A DNA stretch of 29,735 nt from a virus (IMGVR_UViG_3300033407_000093:1-29735); one strand, 5' to 3'; counted from the first letter of the stretch, positions 8,393 through 17,530 are shown. The notes: generated by a model not told the origin, from the sequence alone. Made by a program: numbers and translations.

Positions 8393-8928
8393 ACTTCTTC
8401 GAGACCTTCATCACCAAGCTTGCAGGCTGGCGCGGCTACGCGTTGATTGCGGTGCTTTGCCTGGGCGCAGGCGGCTGGGCTGCAATGCAGGTGCAAGGGG
8501 CTTTCTACAAGGCAGAAATCGCCGGTCTGAAGGAGGCAGCTGCCACGCAGGCGGCTGACCAGGCGCGCAGCTCGCTCGCGGAAATCGTCCGGCTTCAGGA
8601 CATCATCAAGGGGATTGATGAAGATGGCTACAAATCACTCATGGCAAGCAAGGTGGAAACGGATCGCCTGCAGCTTGATCTTGCTTCTGGGGCTCTCAGC
8701 CTGTCAGCACGCGTTACCGCCTGCGACCGCGTCGTTCCCCCCGGCTCCGGCATGGATGATGGAACCTCAATCGCCCGACTTGACGAAACGACTTCTCGAA
8801 ACCTTGCCGCCATCGCCGCCGACGGCGACCGCGCCATCATCAAAATGACCGGCCTTCAAGACTACGCACGGCTCTGTGAAAAGACATTGCGTAGTTGCTC
8901 GGCCTCAACCGCGCCTCAGGGGGACTAA
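8389..8928 (+). CDS. rz: Rz-like inner-membrane spanin
   Basis: N-terminal TM segment, coiled coil, C-terminal GDRAII..GLQDY. Confidence 0.85.
   Translation: MNFFETFITKLAGWRGYALIAVLCLGAGGWAAMQVQGAFYKAEIAGLKEAAATQAADQARSSLAEIVRLQDIIKGIDEDGYKSLMASKVETDRLQLDLASGALSLSARVTACDRVVPPGSGMDDGTSIARLDETTSRNLAAIAADGDRAIIKMTGLQDYARLCEKTLRSCSASTAPQGD
8618..8848 (+). CDS. rz1: Rz1-like outer-membrane lipoprotein spanin embedded in Rz (+1 frame)
   Basis: LILLLGLSA-C lipobox followed by Pro-rich PPAPAWMMEP; start could be 8618 or 8624. Confidence 0.85.
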   Translation: MKMATNHSWQARWKRIACSLILLLGLSACQHALPPATASFPPAPAWMMEPQSPDLTKRLLETLPPSPPTATAPSSK

Positions 8929-9296
8929 TGACACCGGCTATCTGGATGGCGGGTTGCGCCACCGCATCACTCATCGTCTCAATCGGGACTATTTTTTACA
9001 CATGGTATGCCTCTCGCCAGCGAGCGACGCAACGTGAGCTCGAAGTGCTCCGTGAAAAGGTTTTGGAGATCGATGCGAAGCGCGCGGCCGACAAGGGCGA
9101 AATGCGCGACCGGATCGTCCGCGTGGAAGCCGAAGTTGAGAACCTGCCCAATCATTCACAAATGGCGGCGCTCACGGACAACATCCAGCAAGTGCGGGGA
9201 GACGTGGGCGGAGTTCGCGACATGCTCAATATGCTCGCCATGCGCATTGAGCGTGTTGACAATTATTTGATGAATGAGAAAGGCAGCAGAGGATGA
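8928..9296 (+). CDS. Mu gp25-like (DUF2730) membrane-anchored coiled-coil protein
   Basis: N-terminal TM; RIVRVEAEVENLP motif; synteny. Confidence 0.75.
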   Translation: MTPAIWMAGCATASLIVSIGTIFYTWYASRQRATQRELEVLREKVLEIDAKRAADKGEMRDRIVRVEAEVENLPNHSQMAALTDNIQQVRGDVGGVRDMLNMLAMRIERVDNYLMNEKGSRG

Positions 9297-9595
9297 GCAG
9301 CTTCGACAATTATGTGACTGAGGATCGTCGCTTGTGCATTTTGCGCTGCCTCATGGGGCAAACCGCCAACACGCTCAATGAAAGCATCCTCCAACGCGCC
9401 ATCGGCGGCTACGGTCACAACGTCAGCCGCGATGTCATCAAGCAGGATTTGCGCTGGCTCACTGAGGTCGGTGCGCTCACCGTTAGAGAAGTCGCAGACT
9501 ATCTCATCGCGACGCTGACTGAGCGCGGGCTTGATCATGTGGTGCGGCGTACCGCAATCGACGGGATCGCCAAGCCAAAACTCGGTGGCACATGA
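9293..9595 (+). CDS. Mu gp26-like winged-helix protein
   Basis: EDRRLCILR..LNESIL..SRD..DLRWL..ATLTERGLD..GI.KP. Confidence 0.8.
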   Translation: MSSFDNYVTEDRRLCILRCLMGQTANTLNESILQRAIGGYGHNVSRDVIKQDLRWLTEVGALTVREVADYLIATLTERGLDHVVRRTAIDGIAKPKLGGT

Positions 9596-10167
9596 TGGCC
9601 AATGGAAAGCGCGGACGGCTGTCATCGATCGATACGTTGCCGGAGGAGGCAGACGATGATGTGCGCTGGGCGATCGAAGAGCTCAAGACCCGCAAGCGCA
9701 CCGCCGAAGATATTCGCGAGGAGTTCAACAATCGCCTCCTCGGCCTTGGCTGCAACCCAGTCAGCAAGTCCGCCTTCAATCGCTATTCGCTGCACATCGC
9801 GCGCCACGGTCGCGCGATGCAGGAAGTGCGCGACGTTGCCGCGCTGATCGCCGAACGCATCGACGAAGAGCCCGATGGCGACGTCGGCCTTCTGCTCGCC
9901 GAGACCATCAAGACGATGATCTATGACGTCATGATGCAGGAAGCGATGAGCGACGAAGCGCCTTCCATGAAGATGTTGCTTGCGGCCGCCGAAGCGGTCC
10001 AGCGTCTTGAGCTGGCGCGCAGCACATCGCTCAAGGCGGCGAACTTCAAACGCGAGAAGTTCATCAAGGACGTCGCGACAATCGTCGAAGACGCCGCCAA
10101 AGAGAAAGGTCTTGGCGCCGATACGGTTGAGGCCATCAAGAGCGCCATTCTCGGTGTGCCCAAATGA
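9592..10167 (+). CDS. terS: Terminase small subunit (Mu gp27/DUF3486)
   Basis: GRLSSIDTLP, SKSAFNRY, GL..TVEAIK..ILG; directly before terL. Confidence 0.85.
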   Translation: MMANGKRGRLSSIDTLPEEADDDVRWAIEELKTRKRTAEDIREEFNNRLLGLGCNPVSKSAFNRYSLHIARHGRAMQEVRDVAALIAERIDEEPDGDVGLLLAETIKTMIYDVMMQEAMSDEAPSMKMLLAAAEAVQRLELARSTSLKAANFKREKFIKDVATIVEDAAKEKGLGADTVEAIKSAILGVPK

Positions 10168-11666
10168 CAGACCTCAAGGCGTTGCTGGGTCCTTTCGACA
10201 AGCAGGAAGAGATCACCTTCCCGGAGGAGCTTCGCGGCGCGCCCTTGGAGAAGGTGCTTCTGGATTATCAGGGGAACGCGATCAGCCTGCTCGGCACTAC
10301 GTCTCTTCTCGCCATTGAGAAATCGCGACGCATCGGTCTCACATGGGGCCTCGCTGCTCACGCGGCCTTGACGGCAGCAGCGGCAAAGTCGGCAGGCGGC
10401 ATGAACGTCTGGTATATGGGCTATGACAAGGATATGGCCACCGAGTTCATCGACGTTGTGGCTATGTTCGCCCGCGCCTTTGGTATCGCCGCAGCTGAAG
10501 CCGACGAAGAGGTCTTCAGTCTGGAAACAGGCGAAGACGTTACCGCCTACCGCATCCGATTTGCTTCGGGCTTCAAGGTAGTTGCATTGCCATCCGTCGC
10601 GCGCGTGCTGCGCGGCAAGCAGGGCCTTGTCATTATCGATGAAGCGGCGTTTCACAAGAACCTCGAAGAGGTCATCAAGGCCGCGCTCGCCCTGCTCATC
10701 TGGGGCGGCAAGGTGGTCATTGTTTCGACGCATGACGGCGTGGACAATCCCTTTAACCTGCTTCTCGACGACATCAAGGCTGGCAAGCGCAAGGGTCGAA
10801 CGCTTCGGATCACATTCAATGAAGCGCTGGCCGATGGTCTCTATGAGCGCGTGAAGCTCGTCTCGCCACCAGGCGCGGTGCCACCGAAGGACGAATGGAT
10901 CGCCGATATTCGCGCGACCTATGGCGAGGATGCCGAAGAGGAACTCGACTGCATTCCGAAGTCCGGCTCGGGCTCATGGCTCAAGCCTGAAGACATGGCC
11001 GCTTGCGAGCACGCCGATGCCGGTCGACCGGAATTTTATCAGGGTGGGCTCGTCTATATCGGGCGCGATGTGGCGCGGCGTGGTGACAAGGCGGTTATCT
11101 GGCCCTTCGAACTCGTTGGCAATGTGCTCTGGCTTCGGCAACGCTACGAAGAGCGCAACGTGCGTTTTGACACGCAGGACGATGTCTTCGACAAGATGTT
11201 TGCCGACTACCGTGTCGCCAAGGCTTATATCGACCAGACCGGCATGGGCGAGAAGGTGGTCGAAGATGCGCAGAAGCGCCACGGTCATTTGCGTGTCGAA
11301 GGCGTGCTGTTTACCGGACCGGCCAAGCTCGATCTCGCGACCTCACTTCGCCAGCGCGTCGAACAGGGACTGATCCGCTGGTCTCCCGACCCTGCGATCC
11401 GCGCCGACTTTCGCGCCATCAAGCGGACGGGCGGATCGGGCAACGGGCTTGTCGAGGAAGGAACGGTCCACGCCGATATGTTCTGGGCGGCCGCGCTTGC
11501 CTGCCTCGCGGCCGAGCGCGGTGGCGTGAAGATCGACTTCCAATCGACAGGCGATCAACGTGTATCCGGTGGCCTCTTCGGCGAGAGAGGTCTCAACGAC
11601 GGGCGGCAACAATCCGACATCGGCTTTGGCGTTATTTCCGGTGGCTCGGACATGAGAGGTTTCTGA
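10164..11666 (+). CDS. terL: Terminase large subunit (Mu gp28-like)
   Basis: KSRRIGLT, VIIDEAAF, VSTHDG.DNPF ATPase motifs; IGRDVARRGD, IDQTGMG, HADMFWA nuclease motifs. Confidence 0.95.
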   Translation: MTDLKALLGPFDKQEEITFPEELRGAPLEKVLLDYQGNAISLLGTTSLLAIEKSRRIGLTWGLAAHAALTAAAAKSAGGMNVWYMGYDKDMATEFIDVVAMFARAFGIAAAEADEEVFSLETGEDVTAYRIRFASGFKVVALPSVARVLRGKQGLVIIDEAAFHKNLEEVIKAALALLIWGGKVVIVSTHDGVDNPFNLLLDDIKAGKRKGRTLRITFNEALADGLYERVKLVSPPGAVPPKDEWIADIRATYGEDAEEELDCIPKSGSGSWLKPEDMAACEHADAGRPEFYQGGLVYIGRDVARRGDKAVIWPFELVGNVLWLRQRYEERNVRFDTQDDVFDKMFADYRVAKAYIDQTGMGEKVVEDAQKRHGHLRVEGVLFTGPAKLDLATSLRQRVEQGLIRWSPDPAIRADFRAIKRTGGSGNGLVEEGTVHADMFWAAALACLAAERGGVKIDFQSTGDQRVSGGLFGERGLNDGRQQSDIGFGVISGGSDMRGF

Positions 11667-11667
11667 G

Positions 11668-13227
11668 ATGGTGAAAGCTATTCGCGATGGCGTGGAGGCT
11701 GCAAGCGCCAATAGCGCTGCCAATGCGACGACGGTTGGCGAGAAGGTCCCACCGCCCGTGGCGGGTGAGATTGCGGCTTCAGTCGATGGCCGCGATATCA
11801 CGCTCGGCTTTTTTGGTACCATGCGACCGATGCAGGACAGCGTGCTGGCGGCGCGTGGCGGCGGTCTCGAAATCTACGAAGAGGTCTTGCGTGACTGGCA
11901 GTGCTTCTCGACATTCCAGCAACGCCAGCGTGCAGTGGTCTCTTGCGAGTGGGATGTAACGCCAGGCGCGAAGGACCGGCGCAGCCGGATGGCTGCCGAT
12001 AGTCTCAAGGCGCAGCTGGATGCTATCGGCTTTGATAGCGCTACCAACAAGATGCTCTTCGGTCTCTGGTATGGCTATGCGGTCGGCGAATGCCTGTGGA
12101 GCACGTCGAGTCGTGAAGTCGTCCTTGAGCGCCTCAAGGTGAAAAAGGCGCGGCGCTTCAACTTTGATATTGATGGGGGCCTTCGTCTGCAGACATTGAT
12201 GACCGGCTATGAGGGTGAGCTCATGCCGGAGCGCAAGTTCTGGACCTTCAATACGGGCTCGGACAATGACGACGATCCCTATGGCCTCGGCCTCGGCCAT
12301 TATTGCTACTGGCCTGTCTGGCTGAAAAAGAACGGCTACAAGTTCTGGTCGATGCTGCTCGACAAATTCGGCATGCCGACCGGCGTCGGCAAATATCCTG
12401 CAGGCACGACGCCCGAGGAGCAGAGGAAGCTGCTGCAGGCGGTTGCCGCCATCCAGTCTTCGTCTGGCGTGATCATTCCAGATGGCATGCTGATCGAGTT
12501 CCTCGAAGCAGCGCGCAGCGGCACGGTCGGCAATGAGGGCTTTGTCGATCGCATGGATGCTGCAATCGCAAAGGTGATCCTGTCGCAGACGATGACGACG
12601 GACAACGGTTCGTCGAAATCGCAGAGCCAGACGCATATGGACGTGCGTGAGGAAGTCGTCAAAGGCGATGCCGATCTCATCTGCTCCAGCTTCAACAATG
12701 GCCCCGCCAAGTGGCTCACCGACTGGAACTATCCCGGCGCGACACCGCCGAAGGTCTGGCGCAAGATCGATCCACCTGAAGATCTCGGCATGCTCGCCGA
12801 AAGGGACACCAAGATTTACGCGATGGGGTTTGAACCCACCGAGGAATATGTCCAGAACACCTATGGCGATGGTTGGGTGAAGAAGGCTGCACCGGTCCCG
12901 CCCATTGCGGCTGGACTGCCGGGAGGCCCGCCTTTGCCTGGTACGACACAGTCGCCAGCACCCGCGTTTGCCGATCCGATTGTGTCGCCGAGCGATGTCG
13001 CCGGAGAGCTCGCCCTGCAAGCTGATACGCTTTCAAGCGACGCGGCTTCAGCGCTCATCGACGAGATCAAGCAGATCCTCGAAACTTCAACATCGCTGCA
13101 AGAGTTCGAGCAACGGCTGCTCACCGCCTATCCCAAGCTCGGCGTCAAGGACATCGCCGCCGTGCTGCGTGACGCGCTCATCGCTGCCGAGCTGACAGGA
13201 CGCAACGACCTCGAAGTCGGCAACTGA
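11668..13227 (+). CDS. Portal protein (Mu gp29/DUF935)
   Basis: YGYAVGE, DPYGLGL, KFGMP..GKYP, IAKVILSQTMTT; follows terL. Confidence 0.93.
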   Translation: MVKAIRDGVEAASANSAANATTVGEKVPPPVAGEIAASVDGRDITLGFFGTMRPMQDSVLAARGGGLEIYEEVLRDWQCFSTFQQRQRAVVSCEWDVTPGAKDRRSRMAADSLKAQLDAIGFDSATNKMLFGLWYGYAVGECLWSTSSREVVLERLKVKKARRFNFDIDGGLRLQTLMTGYEGELMPERKFWTFNTGSDNDDDPYGLGLGHYCYWPVWLKKNGYKFWSMLLDKFGMPTGVGKYPAGTTPEEQRKLLQAVAAIQSSSGVIIPDGMLIEFLEAARSGTVGNEGFVDRMDAAIAKVILSQTMTTDNGSSKSQSQTHMDVREEVVKGDADLICSSFNNGPAKWLTDWNYPGATPPKVWRKIDPPEDLGMLAERDTKIYAMGFEPTEEYVQNTYGDGWVKKAAPVPPIAAGLPGGPPLPGTTQSPAPAFADPIVSPSDVAGELALQADTLSSDAASALIDEIKQILETSTSLQEFEQRLLTAYPKLGVKDIAAVLRDALIAAELTGRNDLEVGN

Positions 13228-13228
13228 T

Positions 13229-14494
13229 ATGGGCACGGTTGCCACAGGCGACAGCGTTGCGCCAAAGCCAGCGCCGGTGCATTTCACCGAGGCGATCGAC
13301 TATCTGCGTAACAAGACCCGCCTGCCGACGCGCGCCTGGACGGACCTCTGGCAGGATCAGCATGCCCGTGCCTTCGTCGTTGCAGGGGCAATGAAAGACG
13401 GGCTTGTCGCCGATTTCCACGAGGCGGTGACGAAGTCGATTGCCGAAGGAAGGACGCTTGAGGACTTCCGCAAGGACTTCGACCAGATCGTCTCGACGCA
13501 TGGTTGGAGTTACAATGGCTCGCGCGGCTGGCGATCGCGGACAATCTTCGAAACCAATATGCGAAGCGCCTATTCGGCCGGGCGCTGGGCTCAGGCCGTC
13601 AAGCTCAAGGCGCAGCGTCCCTATCTGCGCTACGTTCACGGTCACCCCAGGCACCCGCGCAAATGGCATCTCGCATGGAACAACACAATCCTGCCCGTCG
13701 ATCATCCGTGGTGGAAGACGCATTTTACTCCCAATGGCTGGGGCTGCCAGTGCACCATCCAGAGCCTGTCTGAAAGCGACATGCGGCGTTATGGCTACAA
13801 GGTCTCGCCGGACCCCGAGCCGTCGAAGATGATTGCCCACAAGCTCAACACGCCGGATGGCCCGGTGACAGTGAAGGTGCCCGAAGGTATCGATCCGGGC
13901 TTTGCCTTCAATCCCGGCGAGGGCGCATTCGGGCGCGGGGCCAATCTCGATGCGATCGAGAAGCATGGCGGCTTTGTTGATCTCCAAGCGCCAAGCTCCA
14001 GTCGCACGACGGCTGGCAACCTTGATGCCGTCACAACACAGACGCAGCCCGCGCGCCTGCCACCAATACTGCCGGATGCCAAACCGGACGAGAAGGCATG
14101 GCGCGATCTTCTCCACCGCTCGATAGGTGGCGAAGAGGCTATCTTCACTGATCCGGTCGGGCAGCGCGTTTCCATTACTGATGCTGTCGTTGATCATCTT
14201 CTGGCGAGCGGCCGAACTGAAGACATGGGCCGTGCAGCCTATTGGCCCTATATGCGCGAGCTCATCGAAGCGCCTCAGGAAATCTGGGTCGGCTTTGCCA
14301 AGGACAAGGTCACGGGTCGCGTCGCCCTGAGGCGTCGCTATGTGAAGCTCATCCAGCTCGGCAAGGACCGCGTCGTCGCCCTGGTTGTGGACGAGCAGGC
14401 GGGCTATTGGCAGGCTTTGACCTTTTTCACGGGAAGGCCCGGCACTCAGCTCGACAATCTCAGGAAGGGGGTTCTGGCATACAAGGCCGGATAG
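13229..14494 (+). CDS. MuF (gp30) minor head protein with C-terminal PBECR2-like nuclease-fold extension
   Basis: AFVVAGA, TIFETN..AYSAGRW, R..H..W, PNGWGCQC, GIDPGFAFNPG; extension has ELIEAPQEIW..RRRYVK..TFF..LRKG.LAY. Confidence 0.88.
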   Translation: MGTVATGDSVAPKPAPVHFTEAIDYLRNKTRLPTRAWTDLWQDQHARAFVVAGAMKDGLVADFHEAVTKSIAEGRTLEDFRKDFDQIVSTHGWSYNGSRGWRSRTIFETNMRSAYSAGRWAQAVKLKAQRPYLRYVHGHPRHPRKWHLAWNNTILPVDHPWWKTHFTPNGWGCQCTIQSLSESDMRRYGYKVSPDPEPSKMIAHKLNTPDGPVTVKVPEGIDPGFAFNPGEGAFGRGANLDAIEKHGGFVDLQAPSSSRTTAGNLDAVTTQTQPARLPPILPDAKPDEKAWRDLLHRSIGGEEAIFTDPVGQRVSITDAVVDHLLASGRTEDMGRAAYWPYMRELIEAPQEIWVGFAKDKVTGRVALRRRYVKLIQLGKDRVVALVVDEQAGYWQALTFFTGRPGTQLDNLRKGVLAYKAG

Positions 14495-14556
14495 GGAGCT
14501 ACAGGTCCGCACGCCCTGCGCTCGCTCACCGTGACGGAAGAAGGCATGCGGCCAGC

Positions 14557-14577
14557 CGTCAGGCGCTGACGATTTTT
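14557..14577 (+). terminator. Putative intrinsic terminator after muF
   Basis: CGTCAG-gcg-CTGACG then ATTTTT; short stem. Confidence 0.45.
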
Positions 14578-14791
14578 ACCCCCTCAGGGCCAAAAATTCA
14601 AGAAGTCAGATTTAAGGCTCACAGGCGCTCAGAGGGCCCTTTCCGGGCCCGTCATACCCGAAAAATCCTGCAACGCATTTTGCAACGCGCTCTGAGGCGT
14701 TTGGGGGGCGATTTGCCCTCGACCGAGCCCCTGAGGACGTCCGGGCGGCAAACTGACCAAAAAGGGATGAAATCGGGGGGCGAACCCCCTG

Positions 14792-14814
14792 ACCCCGACA
14801 ATTGTCGGGGTGCC
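14792..14814. promoter_or_regulatory. Palindromic operator, copy 2 (candidate late activator site, PI-like)
   Basis: Perfect 20-bp palindrome ACCCCGACAATTGTCGGGGT plus GCC, upstream of the protease gene. Confidence 0.75.
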
Positions 14815-14857
14815 ACGGCGAAGCCGCAAGGCAGAAGGTCAGGACCTCAAGAGGTTC

Positions 14858-16054
14858 ATGACCTCAAGCCTCACAGATGCGGAACGGTTTGCCAAGATGA
14901 AAGCGTTCGAAATTTTCAAGCCCGGCACTTTTACGGCAGAGGGCGGTCAGGTGGTCAATTTCACGAGCGACATGCTCGCGGAAGTGGCCAGCTCCTATAA
15001 CCCGGCGCTTCACGAAGCGCCGATGGTCGCCGGTCATCCCAAGAATGACGATCCGGCCTATGGCTGGATACGTGGCGTGACCTATGAAGACGATCGCCTC
15101 ATGGCCGATCCCGATCAGGTGGATACCGCTTTCGCCGATATGGTGGCCGCCGGTCGCTTCAAGAAGCGTTCGGCCTCCTTCTATCCGCCCAAACATCCCG
15201 GCAACCCCACGCCAGGCAAATGGCACCTGAAGCATGTCGGCTTCCTCGGTGCGATGCCCCCCGCCGTCAAGGGCCTCAAGGAAGTCGCCTTCGCCGAAGA
15301 CGAAGAGCCCGTGCTGACGATCGAGTTCAGCGATGGCGAACGCACGATCGGATGGGCGCTGCGCAACATGGCCGATATGGCACGCGGCATTCGCGACTAC
15401 ATCCTCACGCGCGATGGCGAGGACGTCGCCAACAAGGTCATCCCCACCTACCAGATCGACCAGATGATCGCCGACAGCACTCGCATTGTTGTCGAAGCCG
15501 AGGCCGAACCTTCTTTCTCAGAACAACCCCTTACGGAGGACACCGTGAAACTCACTCAGGAACAGCTCGACGCCCGTCAGGCGGAGCTTGATGCTCGTGA
15601 AACCCAGATCGCGACCCGCGAGACGGCTATCGCCACGCAGGAAACCAGCTTCTCGGAAGCCCAGAAGCAGACGCGCCGTGCGGCCCATGCCCTCGTGCTC
15701 GACCAGCTGATCGCCGATGGCAAGTTCGTGCCTGGCATGAAGCCCGCGACGCTCGACTTCCTCGACGGTCTGGACGCTGCCACGACTGTTGAGTTCGGTG
15801 AAGGCGACGGCAAGACTGAAGCGACGCCCGTCGACTGGTTCATCAACCTGCTGAAGTCGTCCGGCACGGTCGTTGATTTCTCCGAGCGTGCGGCTGCAAC
15901 GGACAAGGACAAGGACGTGGTTTCCTTCGCTGCCCCCGATGGCGCGACGATCGATCCCGTGCAGCTTGAGCTCCACAACAAGGCGCTCGCCTATCAGGCT
16001 AAAAATCCAAACGTCGAGTACATGGACGCCGTTCGCGCCGTCAATCACGGCTAA
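14858..16054 (+). CDS. Prohead protease/scaffold (Mu gpI-like)
   Basis: FEIFKPG, APMVAGHP..PAYGW, KKRSASFY, LKHVGFLGAMPPAVKGL; start 14858 (AAGAGG RBS) or 14897. Confidence 0.88.
   Translation: MTSSLTDAERFAKMKAFEIFKPGTFTAEGGQVVNFTSDMLAEVASSYNPALHEAPMVAGHPKNDDPAYGWIRGVTYEDDRLMADPDQVDTAFADMVAAGRFKKRSASFYPPKHPGNPTPGKWHLKHVGFLGAMPPAVKGLKEVAFAEDEEPVLTIEFSDGERTIGWALRNMADMARGIRDYILTRDGEDVANKVIPTYQIDQMIADSTRIVVEAEAEPSFSEQPLTEDTVKLTQEQLDARQAELDARETQIATRETAIATQETSFSEAQKQTRRAAHALVLDQLIADGKFVPGMKPATLDFLDGLDAATTVEFGEGDGKTEATPVDWFINLLKSSGTVVDFSERAAATDKDKDVVSFAAPDGATIDPVQLELHNKALAYQAKNPNVEYMDAVRAVNHG
15545..16054 (+). CDS. Scaffolding protein (gpZ-like) from an in-frame internal start
   Basis: GGAGGA at 15535-15540 then in-frame GTG; coiled-coil follows; parallels Mu I/Z. 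Confidence 0.65.
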   Translation: MKLTQEQLDARQAELDARETQIATRETAIATQETSFSEAQKQTRRAAHALVLDQLIADGKFVPGMKPATLDFLDGLDAATTVEFGEGDGKTEATPVDWFINLLKSSGTVVDFSERAAATDKDKDVVSFAAPDGATIDPVQLELHNKALAYQAKNPNVEYMDAVRAVNHG

Positions 16055-16112
16055 GCCCAGATCATCACCGGCCATCCGTTAGAGCGGACGCCAGAAAACA
16101 GGACATACTCTC

Positions 16113-16529
16113 ATGGGTAAACAATCTTCACCTTTGCAAGCTTTCACATATGTCGCCGACGGCGCAGTGGCTGCCTATCGCGGTGTTGGCTTTGATGGCG
16201 CGCAGGCAACGGCACAGGGTCAGAAAATTCTTGGCATCGCCCAGCGCGCTGCCGCCGATGCAGAAGCGAGCGACGCCGTCAAATACGGTTCGACCGTCGT
16301 CGAAGCCGGTGCCGCCATCGCGGGTGGTGACAGCCTGATCATGGATGCCCAGGGCCGCGCCATTCCGGTGACCGGCGCGCTTGCCGTCGCCGCCGGTGCG
16401 ACGGCCATGACCTCGTCGGCCGCCAATGGCGACGTGCTGACCGGTGGCGATCTCCCTGAATACGTCTTTGCCGACGCGCTCGAAGCTGCCAGCGCTGCCG
16501 GTGAATTTATAGAAGTGCTGATGCGCTAA
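16113..16529 (+). CDS. Capsid cement/decoration protein (DUF2190-like)
   Basis: Ala/Gly-rich; LGIA..VEAGAAIAGGD..DAQGRA..ALEAASAAGEFIEV; between protease and capsid genes. Confidence 0.75.
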   Translation: MGKQSSPLQAFTYVADGAVAAYRGVGFDGAQATAQGQKILGIAQRAAADAEASDAVKYGSTVVEAGAAIAGGDSLIMDAQGRAIPVTGALAVAAGATAMTSSAANGDVLTGGDLPEYVFADALEAASAAGEFIEVLMR

Positions 16530-16591
16530 CCGGCGCAACTCAGAAACCCATGTTGTGACGCGCATTTGCGCAAACCAAGGAAACCCAAACT

Positions 16592-17530
16592 ATGGCACCG
16601 CTTAATAATGCCTCCGCCCGCGTTGTCGATCCGGTTCTCAGCCAGTTCGCGCGCGGCTATCAACAAGCCGGTTTGATCGGTCGCGTTCTTTTCCCCCGCG
16701 CCTTTGTGCCCGTTCGCGGCTTCAAACGTGTCGAGTTCGGCAAGGAAGGCTTCCGCCTCTACAACACGCGTCGTGCGCCCGGCACTGCTACCAAGCGGCT
16801 GGTCTTTGGCTATGACGGCAAGCCCGCCTCGCTTGACCAGCATGGGCTTGATGGCGTCGTGCCGCGCGAGCACGTAGGCGAGGCCGCTGCCGGTCCCGGT
16901 ATCGACCTGCAGCAGGAAGCTTCCCGCGTCGTGCTCGATGCTATGCAGCTTGACGAAGAAGTCTCTCAGGCGGCGCTGGCGACGACAGCTGGCAACTATG
17001 CTGCTGCCAACAAGGTGACGCTCGCAGGCAGCGACCAGTGGAGCCATGCCGACAGCAAGCCCAAGGATGCTGTCAAGGAAGGCAAGGAAGCGGTCCGCTC
17101 CAAGATCGGTCGCAATCCGAACGTCATGGTGATTTCCAAGCCGATCTTCAATGCACTCGACGATCACCCTGCGCTGCTCGACAAGCTGAAATATACGTCC
17201 GGCGCCAGCATCACGACGGACATCCTTGCCCGCTATTTCGATGTCGACAAGGTTGTGGTCGGTGAAGCCGTCTACACGGACGGCGACGAAACCAGCTTTA
17301 CCGATGTCTGGGGCAATTTCTGCGTGCTGGCCTATGTGCCTCAGGGCGGTCAGCCCAGCGTGCGTGTGCCCAGCTACGGCTACACCTACACGCTCGCCGG
17401 TCATCCCTTCGTCGAACAGACGCGCTGGGATGCCGACGCCAAGAGCTGGATCAACGGTGTGACCGATGAACGCTCGGCCGAGCTCGTGGGTGCGGAAGCT
17501 GGCTACCTGATGTCCAGCGTCATCGCCTAA
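16592..17530 (+). CDS. Major capsid protein
   Basis: 312 aa; VDPVLS..ARGY, FGKEGF..TRRAPG, PSYGYTY; AAGGA RBS; synteny. Confidence 0.88.
   Translation: MAPLNNASARVVDPVLSQFARGYQQAGLIGRVLFPRAFVPVRGFKRVEFGKEGFRLYNTRRAPGTATKRLVFGYDGKPASLDQHGLDGVVPREHVGEAAAGPGIDLQQEASRVVLDAMQLDEEVSQAALATTAGNYAAANKVTLAGSDQWSHADSKPKDAVKEGKEAVRSKIGRNPNVMVISKPIFNALDDHPALLDKLKYTSGASITTDILARYFDVDKVVVGEAVYTDGDETSFTDVWGNFCVLAYVPQGGQPSVRVPSYGYTYTLAGHPFVEQTRWDADAKSWINGVTDERSAELVGAEAGYLMSSVIA

Noticed and set aside
11779-14512. Long minus-strand ORFs (413 aa, 444 aa) and similar ones at 9921-10733, 16526-17404, 20002-21147 and 24573-25589
   Set aside because: Antisense shadows of well-supported GC-rich + strand genes; no recognisable motifs
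14242-15000. 252-aa + strand ORF spanning the muF-protease spacer, and the 66-aa minus ORF 14629-14829, as a possible immunity gene
   Set aside because: Arg/Gly/Pro-rich non-protein-like composition; the long ORF overlaps two real genes out of frame and both cross the operator
16055-16591. Small hairpins in the spacers flanking the cement gene (TCCGTT/GCGGA; GCGCA/TGCGC)
   Set aside because: Too short to distinguish from chance in GC-rich DNA
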